Below are positions 55,486 to 64,000 of a stretch of DNA of 64,000 nt, piece by piece. The notes beneath the pieces were generated by a model. That model searched no databases. It was given only the letters and a program-made list of their open reading frames with translations, and had not been told where the DNA came from. The position numbers were made by a program, and so were the translations under genes. Origin of the DNA: Gammaproteobacteria bacterium. GTDB lineage: Bacteria; Pseudomonadota; Gammaproteobacteria; Ga0077536. Numbering within the stretch: position 1 is the first letter of the stretch; each line of letters starts with the position of its first letter. The stretch spans positions 37,091 through 101,090 of the forward strand of contig JBFWYG010000010.1 of NCBI GenBank assembly GCA_050186725.1. The letters run 5' to 3'.

Positions 55486-57017
55486 TGACGCACCGCCCGT
55501 ATCAGCAGAGGCTCGTCAACACCCCGTCGAACGCGCGTTGCCATCGCGAGCACGTGGCGAAGGCACGCGTCGCGGCCGCGATCTTCGTGCAGAAAACAGT
55601 AGTCTGCACGCTCAAAATGCGCCGAACCCATGGCGAGGCCTGCGACTCGTAGCTGCCAATGGGCAGGCGCAGATCGGCGCGTAGCAGCACGCGACACGCG
55701 TGCGAGACCATTGTGGAGCCGTCGCTCCAGTCGCACATGGAAATTGCGGCGCGGCATGTCGACGAGTCGGAGTTGCAGTGTGTTGCCCGGACTCACTCGC
55801 GTGCGCGCGGGGGGGGGGGCACGCAGCCGTACTTCAGGATGAAGGAATGCACGGAGGTTGTCGCAGAACAAATCCAGGTCGAGCATCTAGTGGTTCCTCG
55901 ACGCGGCGAGCGCCGTCTGCTGGCGACAGATGTCGAGATACTGCGCCGCGACCTTCTCGATATCGTGAATGCTCTCTGCCGCCTCGCGCCCCCGTGGCGG
56001 GTGCTCGCGTCTCGCATAGCCCCTAATCAGACGCTGCCGGACGTCCTTGATCGCGTCGGGCAAGGCATTGGCGACTGGCAGGTCGCGCGACTGGCAGATG
56101 GGCTGGAAGAGTTCCTCGCGGAGGTAGGTGATGCACGTTTTGCTGAGCGCCCAGGCCTCGAAGGTCAGCACACTGATCTCGTCTGTTATGATTTGATCAA
56201 TGATGATGTCCCCCGGCATGTACCGCTCGCGCGCTTCCACGCGCGGCATACGTTCCAGCAGTTTGAGATCGCAGGTGAGACTTTCGCTGAATAACTCATC
56301 CAGTGCTCGGGTCATCAACCGCAAGCAATTCATCCCGGCATTGCTTTGCGCATGGACCGCCGGTGTTCGCGCATTTGCTTGCACTTCCAAGTAATCTTAG
56401 CTACTGAGGGTCAGGCAGCGCGGTGGGGTCCGCGGTTCTACCATGAACTGCTGCATTTCCGGATCCTGCTCCAGGAGTACATCGATGCGCTGGCGAAACA
56501 TGTCGATATATCTTCGCTGTGCGTTCTCGTCGAATGGCGGCACGAAGCCGTGAAGAAACGGGCTGCGGGGATTGCCCCGATTATTGGCGCTCGACAGGCG
56601 CAGTTCCCAGCCGGTGAAGCGATGCAAGATGCGTGCGCTGTGACCCTCGAACAGCAGCAAGTAGAGCCCGGTGACGCCGCAGAGATTCGGGCCGACGAGC
56701 ACGGAGTGTGGCCAAATGTGGTAGATATCGAAGACTTCCGCAAGCGCGTTCCGCAGGACATCGAACTGCAGGTGGAAGTCGCCAGCGCGCTTCAGAGCGA
56801 CTCGGGCAGAACGCGCAGCGACGCGGCCTCGGCGATCACGGCGTTGGCGTTGGGCGACGAGCACAGCTCTTACCATAGCAAGGGTGCCGGTGCGTGAGGC
56901 GCCGCCGAGGAAAATCATCAAGGGGGGAAGACCTAGCAGCGTCTCGTCTTCGCCGAGGATTAGGTGACGGAGGTGCTGGAATCGCTCGGCAAGCGGACAG
57001 CTAGCTGCGTCGGTCAT
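55482..57017 (-). pseudogene. Nonsense-disrupted paralog of the 60027-61520 glycosyltransferase
   Basis: One 512-codon frame with in-frame TAA (56397-56399) and TAG (55887-55889). Segments RAGDF, FDIYHIWPHS, ARILHRFTGWELRL, QDPEMQQF, VHAQSNA, DIIIDQI, VLTFEAWALSKTCITYLREELF and HDIEKVA match the intact paralog. Confidence 0.85.
55809..55819. repeat. G11 homopolymer tract
   Basis: Eleven consecutive G (C11 on the coding strand), read as A-P-P-P in the 55482-55886 sub-ORF. Confidence 0.8.
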
Positions 57018-57322
57018 TGAGCAAATCCGAGTTTAACGTTATCGTGTGGCGAAGAAATGCAGGGCGCCGTGCGATTCTAACTGACTTCGTCGTCGGGTAG
57101 ATGACAGCGCCCCAGGGCAGGTCCGCTCCAGACGGAAGAAAGCTTGTTCTGCTCAAGATCCGCATATTTGCTAGGCGGGCGGGGCAGTCGCCTTTAAGCA
57201 GTGAGAGCACTGTTCAAAAAGGCCGGCGCTTCAGTGATAGCGGCGGTGAAATTGATACTTGGCGGCCGTCGTACCGCGGGCGCGAAAGCCCGGTGATGTG
57301 GATGCCAATTCGAGAGGGGGCG

Positions 57323-58702
57323 ATGAGCGAAGGCAGCATCGGCGAGAAGCTGTCCGGCGACACGACTCAGGTGATCTCGAGAGCACGTGCGCTGTGGCGG
57401 CGGCTACGGATGAAGTTCGCGCGACTGGTCGCGCCAGAGCTGAATCCGGAGGCGGTGCGTGCCCGCCTGCGTCACGTCGAACGGCGCATGCACAAACTCG
57501 AGGCTCGGCTCGTGGTGCTCACTGGGCGTAAGGCCGCGACGCCGCCCGTGTCGACCTTCAATCGACCGGTCAACCTGTATCTCGATTTCGCGCGCGACTG
57601 CTTGGCGTGTCCCGATGTGCATGGTGCCGACGTCTACGTCGCGCACGGCGTGCAGGCCCTGCCCGCGGCGTCGGCGCTGGCGCAACAGGCCGGCAGCACC
57701 TACTTCTGCGACGTAATCGAGATCCCGTCTTTCGCGGCGCGCGCGCTACCGTCGCGTTGGCATCCGACCACACTGGAAATGCTGGACTGCGCCTTCGAGA
57801 CCTACCTGCGCCGCGCCGACGGTCTGTTGACCGTCGGCAAAACGCTCGGCGAGGAAATCCGTCCCTTAAACGCGCACGTACACGTCATTCCGAACTACCG
57901 ACCGGCCGAGATCCTGGTGCCGAGCGCGGCGCTGCGCGAACGCTGCGGCCTGCGCGCCGACGATGCGCTTGTGGTCTCAATTAGCACCGTCACTACGGGT
58001 GTCGAGGTTGTGCTCGATGCGCTCGCGACCCTGCCGGCCAACGTGCATTTGGCCACAGTCGGCAGGTTCGCGCAGCGCGACTACCAGGTCGCGTGCCTGG
58101 CGCAGGCCGAGCGACTCGGGATTGCCCATCGTCTGCACTGCTTTGAACCAGTGCCCTACCCGGAGTTGGCCAGCTTCGCCTCGTCGGCCGATGTCGGCCT
58201 CATCGTGTGCGACCCGCTGATCCCGAACCACCGCGTCTCCCTGCCGAACAGGATCTTCGACTACATGTTCTCCGGCGTTCCGGTGTGCACGCCCGAGATC
58301 GCCGACATCGCCGGCATCGTGCGGCGCTGGGACATGGGCGCGGTGGTGGCGGAGCTGCGAGCCTCTGACTGGGCACAGGCCATCAGCGCCACGCTCGCGC
58401 GCCGCGAAGCGCTGCGCGCCAACGCCCTGCGCGCCGCCGGGGAGCTGGTGTGGGAGTCACTCGAAGAGCGCCTGTACGAGGCGTTGGGGCGGCCGGGACG
58501 GGTGTGCTTTCTCGGCTTTAATTACCTATTGGACAATAATCGCACGGTGCGCATGGCACGCTCGCTTGCGAAGTGGGGCGTGGACGTGACGATCGCTTCC
58601 CTGCCAACGACCGGCGCCTCTGTGACCCGCACGACGGATCCAGGGCCAGGCGTGCGCGCGGTGACCATCGCGGGCGGCCCCAAAGCGCCCGCGCCCGCCT
58701 GA
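57323..58702 (+). CDS. GT4-like glycosyltransferase with apparently permuted N-terminal Rossmann elements
   Basis: DVYVAHG, FCDVIE, ADGLLTVG, VIPNYR, PVPYPELASFASSADVGL and SLPNRIFDYMFSGVPV, plus a C-terminal RVCFLG...DNNRTVRMARSLAKWGVDVTIAS. GAGAGGGGG RBS before the ATG at 57323. Confidence 0.85.
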   Translation: MSEGSIGEKLSGDTTQVISRARALWRRLRMKFARLVAPELNPEAVRARLRHVERRMHKLEARLVVLTGRKAATPPVSTFNRPVNLYLDFARDCLACPDVHGADVYVAHGVQALPAASALAQQAGSTYFCDVIEIPSFAARALPSRWHPTTLEMLDCAFETYLRRADGLLTVGKTLGEEIRPLNAHVHVIPNYRPAEILVPSAALRERCGLRADDALVVSISTVTTGVEVVLDALATLPANVHLATVGRFAQRDYQVACLAQAERLGIAHRLHCFEPVPYPELASFASSADVGLIVCDPLIPNHRVSLPNRIFDYMFSGVPVCTPEIADIAGIVRRWDMGAVVAELRASDWAQAISATLARREALRANALRAAGELVWESLEERLYEALGRPGRVCFLGFNYLLDNNRTVRMARSLAKWGVDVTIASLPTTGASVTRTTDPGPGVRAVTIAGGPKAPAPA

Positions 58703-60034
58703 AGCGACCCCGCTGCTCAGCGATGTAGGCGCCCGAGGTGCACCGCGTGGATCTGAAAGCGCACCATGTCGGCCTTCGCTTGCGCAGCGGACTCGCGGGG
58801 CCGGCGACCGCCTCGGGCGCCATCGCGCCATCACGCCACTCGCCGGACAGGAAGCCGAACTCGCTCGGCAGCTCGAAGCCGTCGCGCCGATCTCGCTCTC
58901 GAGGTCCCGCACCAGCGCCTGCAGGCGCAACAGGTGGGGCACGAAGCGGTTGAGGGTGGTGAGCGTGACTATGCCACCCTCGATGCCGATCAGGACGAAG
59001 CGCAGACCGAACAGCAGCACCAGCAGCGAACCCGCGCTCGCGATGTGCAACTCCGGATAGGCGAACAGCAGCCACACCAGCAGACCGATGCCCGCCGCCG
59101 CCATCGCCGACATGATCACACGCGACAGTTCGGTGACGCGCAGGCGTTGCTCGACCAGCGCGAGGTAGCCGTCCAGCGCGCCGCGCTCGGCCGTGGCCGG
59201 CGCGTCGGCCAGGGCCGCGACATCGTCGAACTCTTCGTCGAGCGTCTCAGCCGCTGTCGGCGCGTCAGGCACCGCGTCGCCCTGGACGGTGTCGAGCGCC
59301 GACCCGAGTCGCGACTTGATATAGGCCACGCGTTCGGCGCCGCTGACCTCCAGCTGGCGGGTGGTGCGGCTCGCGCGCAGCGAGAGCGGGTACATCGCGA
59401 TCGCCGCGAGCAGCGCGAACGTCGCGATCAGCGGCAGGAGCAGCGGCGCGTGCAGGCCGAGCACCAGCAGGCCGAGGGCGAGATTACCGAGGTGCGTGAT
59501 GTTGAACAGCGCGAGCCGCACCCCCACGCCCGGAAAGCGGCAGTCGCTCACCAGGATCTTGAGCAGCGGATGCCGCGTGCCGAGCACGTGGCGCCGACGC
59601 AGGACCTTGAACGGGCGGCGCGCGTCGTCGTCCCTAACCGTCAGCTGTTCGATGACCGAATCGGCGAAGTAGCGGTACAGCGCGCTTTCCAGGCCAATCG
59701 CGCCGGAGCGCCCGAGGTAGCCGAGCAGGCTGCCGAGCGCGAACAGCGCGACGAAGGCCGCGAGCAGCGCCGACGGACCCGGCGTGTGCAGCGCCAGGCC
59801 GAGCGACTCGATCGGCGTCAGGCTGTCGCCGCCCGCCTGCATCGCGCCTACCGCCCGCGCGAGGATGAACAGCGCTCCGCCGTGCAGCGCGATGCCGCAC
59901 ACCGAGGCGCACGCCGACAGCAGCACGGTGCGATGGAAGCGCCGCAGGGTCAGGCCGAACAGCCAGCCGAGCAGGGCGAAGTAGGTGCGCGCGCGCGCGC
60001 CGATGGCGGACAGCGCGCCGCTGGATTCAGGCAC
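58703..60034 (-). pseudogene. Second ABC exporter-like copy: TMD intact, frameshifted near 58884 and lacking the NBD-like domain
   Basis: About 380 aa collinear with 53590-55485 (GIALHGGAL, LGSLLGYLGRS, LESALYR, DCRFPGV, RLRVTELSR, GIEGG). After RDLESEIG, homology continues in another frame (ELPSEFGFLSGEWRD versus SFSSGSYLAGRIHD) and then runs into the convergent gene. Confidence 0.65.
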
Positions 60035-61520
60035 CGGGCAACAACCGCCGGCAGGCGCGCTTGGCGAGCGCCAGCGCGCGCAGCAGGCCGACCTGCGCGC
60101 GCAGGATCGCGCGGAACAGCATTACTTGCGCGACCCACAGGCGCCCGACCGGTGAGCCCGCGCCACGCTCGGCGCGCGCCAGCCACGGCTCCTCGGCGTC
60201 GAGCAGCCAGCGAAAGATCCTCAGCCAGGCATTGAAGCTCGCCTGTTCCAGGCGGCCACCGACGTTCATCTTCGTGACGTCCAGTGCCATGGGCGGCGGC
60301 AGGCCCTGGCGCGTGGCCCAGTCCACGGGCGGCCAGCGGCCCGGCGCAAGCCGCGGCGCGGTGGACGGTGCAAGCGGTTTCGGCGGCACCAGCCGCGCGG
60401 CGAAGAACTCAATGTCGGCCACCTCGCGCTTCGCCGGCGCGCGACCCGCGAGCTCCGCGCGACAGATCTCGAGATAGCTGTCGGCGACGACTTCGATGTC
60501 ATGGAAGCGTTCGGCCGTGTCGCGCCCGCGTCGCGCCAGCTCGGCGCGCCACTCGTAGTCCGCGATCAGGCGGCGCAGCGTGGACTCGATGGTGTCCGGC
60601 GTGGCGTTCGCCACCGGCAGTTCGCGCGTCTGGTAAAAATCCTGGAACAAGTCTTCGCGCAGGTAGGTGACGCAGGGTTTGCCCAGCGCCCAGGCCTCGA
60701 GCGTGAGTACGCCGGTCGCGCCGATCAGGATCTGATCGACGATGATGTCTGCGCGCTTATACCACTCGCGCGCCTCGGCGTGCGGCACGCGCTCGAGCAG
60801 CTTGAAGTCGAAGTCGAGCCCGGCATGGCGCAGGGCTTCCAGCGCGCGGATCACGAAGCGCGAGCCCTTGACCTCGGCATTGCTCGGCGCGTGCACCACC
60901 AGCGGACGCGGGTTGGGCTCCACGCCGACGTAGGGCCACTGCTCGAGCTGCAGGCCGCGCGGCAGGATGCGCGCTCCGGGCATGAACTGCCCCATCTCCG
61001 GATCCTGCACCAGGAACAGGTCGACGTAGTGGCGCAGCATGTCGAGGTAGCGCCGCTGGCTGCGCTCGTCGAACGGACCATCGAAACCGTGATTGAACGG
61101 GCTGTGCGGATTGAGCGCGCGGTCGCGGCTCGGCAGGCGCAGGTCAAAGCCGGTGAAGCGATGAAAGATGCGAGCCCCATGGGCCTTGAGCAACGGCAGG
61201 TCGAGACCGGTGAGCCCGTCCAGATCATTGTTGAACAGCAGGCTGCGCTGCCAGAAGTGGAAGATGTCGAAGCCTTCCGCGAGCGCGTCCCGCAGCGCGG
61301 CGAATTGCGCCGCGAAATCGCCCGAGCGCAGCAGCACGAGACGGTCCAGCGCATAACCGAGCGCGTGCTCGCCGCTCGCGGTGTACTGCAGGTGATGGGC
61401 GTACACACCGCGGCGACGCAGCGCGCGCACCAGCGACATCGGCTGGTCGGCGAAATTCATTGGCGCCATCAGCACGCGCGGCGACGAAGCGTCGAGTAGG
61501 GCTGCGGAGGACGTCGACAT
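60027..61520 (-). CDS. GT-B glycosyltransferase (HAPS-motif family), intact copy
   Basis: APMNFADQP, FDIFHF, HRFTGFDLR, PLVVHAPSNAEVKGS and ADIIVDQILIGATGVLTLEAWALGKPCVTY; Arg/Leu-rich C-terminal helices. Confidence 0.85.
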   Translation of the reverse strand: MSTSSAALLDASSPRVLMAPMNFADQPMSLVRALRRRGVYAHHLQYTASGEHALGYALDRLVLLRSGDFAAQFAALRDALAEGFDIFHFWQRSLLFNNDLDGLTGLDLPLLKAHGARIFHRFTGFDLRLPSRDRALNPHSPFNHGFDGPFDERSQRRYLDMLRHYVDLFLVQDPEMGQFMPGARILPRGLQLEQWPYVGVEPNPRPLVVHAPSNAEVKGSRFVIRALEALRHAGLDFDFKLLERVPHAEAREWYKRADIIVDQILIGATGVLTLEAWALGKPCVTYLREDLFQDFYQTRELPVANATPDTIESTLRRLIADYEWRAELARRGRDTAERFHDIEVVADSYLEICRAELAGRAPAKREVADIEFFAARLVPPKPLAPSTAPRLAPGRWPPVDWATRQGLPPPMALDVTKMNVGGRLEQASFNAWLRIFRWLLDAEEPWLARAERGAGSPVGRLWVAQVMLFRAILRAQVGLLRALALAKRACRRLLPGA

Positions 61521-61603
61521 GCCGATGGGATGGAAGTGGGACCGCGGGCGCTGAGCGAGGTGACGGGATTATACGAAGGGCGGGCAGTGCTGTCCCGCTG
61601 GCC

Positions 61604-62905
61604 TCAGTCGCGCGCCGCCGGCAGCAGCGTCGCGAGCCAGTCCGGGTAGGCGGCGGCCTCACGCTCCCAGCACAGCACGTGCGCGGCGGCTTCGAGTCGC
61701 TCGCTGAGTGTCGCGCGTCGCGCCGGCGTCAGCAGCGTCGCGAGTGCCTGCGCGACGCTCTCCGGGTCGTCGCACGCGCAGGCGAGACCGATGTCATGCT
61801 CGGCCACCAGCGCAGTGAGATCGGGGAACGCCGCCACCACCACCGGCACGCGCGCCATGATCATCTCGAACAGGCGATTGGGCAGGGCCAGGTAGTGGTT
61901 GGCGCGGGTGTTCTGCAGCGGGATCACGCCGACATCGGCGCCGGCGAACATGGCCACCACTTCGTCCGCGCGACAGGGCGGGGGCAGGTGCAGGCGGGCT
62001 TCGACGCCGCGGCGCGTGGCGCGCGTCAGCAGCGCCGCGCGATAGCCCGGATCGCGCAGCGGGCCGAGCAGCGCGACATGCACGTCGGCCGGCAGCAGGG
62101 CCAGCGCGTCGATCAGCACCTCGATGCCGGCGTCCGGCGCAATCGAGTTGGCGAACAGCACCAGCCGCGCCTGCGCGGGCAGGGCGCACAGCTCGCGCAG
62201 GCGTCGCGCCTGCGGCGCGGGCTGCCATTCGCGGCAATTGCGCAGTACCCGCGGTGGCGCGATGCCGTAGCGCCGGGTCATCCACGCCTGCAGCGCGGGG
62301 CCGATGGTGATGACCAGGTCGGCGCGCCGGATCAGACGCGCCTCGTACCAGGACTCGCAGCGTCGCAGCGCGCGCGCCAGCGCGCCGCGGGCGAACACCG
62401 CGCGACCATCGACCACTTCCACGCCGTCGTAGACCAGCCGAGCGCGATGCCGCCGCGCGAGTGCGCACGCCGCGCGGAGCGCCGGACTGTCGTGCGCCTG
62501 CACGAGATCGCAGGGCTGCTCGCCCAAGGCGGCGAGGCAGGCCCGCGTGAACAGCAGGCGCGTGATCAGCTCGCCCCACGGCAGCGCGAGACGTCGCAGC
62601 CAGCCGAGCGTCGCGAGCGGTCGTGGCGCGCCGGGCGCCGCGCTGGCGCCCCGCGGGGCGCGATCCTTGTCGGGCCGCGACAGCCGGCGACTCAAGGCCT
62701 GCAGTGGGTGAGGCAGCCGCAGGGTCAGGTAGTGCACGTGCGGCGCCTGCGCCCGCAGCTCCGCCACCGGCGGCGCGAGGGCCGCGACCGTCACCCGCCA
62801 GCCGGCGCGCGCCAAGGTCGCCGCCTGGCGATGCACGCGCGTGTTGAAGGTCAGATCCTTGGCCGCCAGCAGCACGATGCGCGGCGCGTCCGTGGCCGTG
62901 CTCAC
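61604..62905 (-). CDS. Glycosyltransferase family 4
   Basis: RIVLLA...NTRVHRQAATLARAGWRVTV, DLVQAHD, LVYDGVE, ADLVITIG, ADVGVIP and LALPNRLFEMIMARVPVV; GTG overlaps the upstream TGA. Confidence 0.88.
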   Translation of the reverse strand: MSTATDAPRIVLLAAKDLTFNTRVHRQAATLARAGWRVTVAALAPPVAELRAQAPHVHYLTLRLPHPLQALSRRLSRPDKDRAPRGASAAPGAPRPLATLGWLRRLALPWGELITRLLFTRACLAALGEQPCDLVQAHDSPALRAACALARRHRARLVYDGVEVVDGRAVFARGALARALRRCESWYEARLIRRADLVITIGPALQAWMTRRYGIAPPRVLRNCREWQPAPQARRLRELCALPAQARLVLFANSIAPDAGIEVLIDALALLPADVHVALLGPLRDPGYRAALLTRATRRGVEARLHLPPPCRADEVVAMFAGADVGVIPLQNTRANHYLALPNRLFEMIMARVPVVVAAFPDLTALVAEHDIGLACACDDPESVAQALATLLTPARRATLSERLEAAAHVLCWEREAAAYPDWLATLLPAARD

Positions 62906-64000
62906 GGGCGTCGTCGCCCGACCAGCCGCGCGAGCAGCGCGCCGAACGCGCGGAACGCGAGCGCCTGGACGCGCAGCAGGCCGCGCATCGCGGCCAGTTC
63001 CACGCCGCGCACGGCGGCCTCGACGCGCGCCAGGCGGCGCAGCGCCGGTCGCTGATCCACGCCGAGGGCGGCCGTCGGCAGTTCGGGCGCGATGGCCGCG
63101 GCGAGGCGCGGGCGGAAGAACGCCAGCGCCTGTGTTGCTTCGCGCGGCGCGGCGCGGCTTGCCAGCGAGGCCTCGCACAGCGCCAGGTAGCGCTCAGCGA
63201 TGCGTTCGATGTCGTGGTGTCGTTCGACCAGCGCGCGGCCCCTGGTCGCCAGTTCGGCGCGCCAGTCGAAGTCGGTTATCAGCCGGCGCAGCGTGCTCTC
63301 GATGGTGTCGGGCGTGGCGTTGGCCACCGGCAGTTCGCTGACCCCGTAGAAGGGCTCGAACAGATCGCGCCGCAGGTAGGTCACGCAGGGCTTGGCCAGC
63401 GCCCAGGCTTCGAGCGTGAGCACGCCGGTGGCGCCGATCAGGATCTGGTCGACGATGATGTCCGCCCGCCGGTACCACTCGCGGGCCTCGGCGTGGGGCA
63501 CGCGGTCCAGCAACTGGAAGTCGAAGGCCAGGCCCTCGTGACGCAGGGTCTCGAGCGCGCGCACCACGTAGTTCGAACCCTTGACCGCCGCGTTGCTCGG
63601 CGCGTGGACCACCAGCGGCCGCGGGGTCGGCCGCACGCCCACCGGCTGCCAGTGTTCCAGCTCCAGGCCGCGCGGCAGGATCTCGGCCTCGGGCATGAAC
63701 TGGCCCATCTCCGGGTCCTGCACGAAGAAGCGATCGACGTAGGCGCGCAGCATGGCGATGTAGGCCTGCTGCGCGCGTTCATCGAACGGACTCTGGTAGC
63801 CGTGATGGAACGGACTGTGGGGATTGAGCTGTGCGTCCATGCTCGGCATGCGCAGATCGAAGCCGGTGAAGCGATGAAAGAGGCGCGCGCCGCGCGCCTT
63901 GATGATCGGCAGGTCCAGGCCCGTGAGGCCATCCAGCGCGGTGCCGAACAGGAGCGAGCGCTGCCAGAAGTGAAAGATGTCGTAGCCGCGCGCCAGGTGC
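62902..64000 (-). CDS. GT-B glycosyltransferase (HAPS-motif family), third copy, 5' end outside the window
   Basis: Frame open to the window edge: GYDIFHFWQRSLLFG, HRFTGFDLRMP, QDPEMGQFMP, VHAPSNAAVKGS and ADIIVDQILIGATGVLTLEAWAL. Confidence 0.88.
   Translation of the reverse strand, partial: HLARGYDIFHFWQRSLLFGTALDGLTGLDLPIIKARGARLFHRFTGFDLRMPSMDAQLNPHSPFHHGYQSPFDERAQQAYIAMLRAYVDRFFVQDPEMGQFMPEAEILPRGLELEHWQPVGVRPTPRPLVVHAPSNAAVKGSNYVVRALETLRHEGLAFDFQLLDRVPHAEAREWYRRADIIVDQILIGATGVLTLEAWALAKPCVTYLRRDLFEPFYGVSELPVANATPDTIESTLRRLITDFDWRAELATRGRALVERHHDIERIAERYLALCEASLASRAAPREATQALAFFRPRLAAAIAPELPTAALGVDQRPALRRLARVEAAVRGVELAAMRGLLRVQALAFRAFGALLARLVGRRRP

Noticed and set aside
53269-56399. In-frame TAG codons in GT paralogs as evidence of stop-codon recoding (pyrrolysine or readthrough)
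   Set aside because: One lesion is TAA, the same region has frameshifts and deletions, and intact genes in the window end in TAG normally.
57101-57322. ORF-track extension of the GT4 gene to 57101
   Set aside because: The extension covers the AT-richer divergent intergenic region; a strong RBS supports the ATG at 57323.

Overview
Very GC-rich bacterial chromosomal window, probably a gammaproteobacterium (inferred from the system I ccmABCDEFGHI layout). From left to right it holds: (1) the 3' part of a DAACS symporter, an LLM oxidoreductase, an RhlE-type DEAD-box helicase and a 2OG-Fe(II)-type oxygenase; (2) an oxygenase-rich aromatic/acyl-CoA region with paaABCDE-paaX, a cytochrome P450, an exported protein, a flavin-dependent halogenase, a Tat-signal DUF1329 protein, and an Lrp-domain/thioesterase/thiolase/CoxG operon; (3) a complete transglutaminase / circularly permuted ATP-grasp / alpha-E / Anbu module with a palindromic sigma54-type site; (4) the cytochrome c maturation operon; (5) a surface-glycan locus of more than 33 kb that runs off the right end. 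The glycan locus encodes uronic acid and 2,3-diacetamido-uronic acid synthesis, O-acylation, amidation, methylation, Wzx, GT-C and GT2. It ends in a duplicated/triplicated glycosyltransferase-ABC cassette whose copies appear to have decayed reciprocally. The most unusual observations are an apparently circularly permuted GT-B glycosyltransferase, an ABC exporter-like protein with a degenerate nucleotide-binding domain, a class II glutamine amidotransferase fused to a WbpG/WbuX-type domain, a (Gln-X)n loop in the alpha-E protein beside a transglutaminase, and a structured GC-rich intergenic RNA candidate. Two families of REP-like palindromes are present. No CRISPR array, tRNA, rRNA or transposase was seen. 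All family assignments come from motif recognition by eye; no database search was run.
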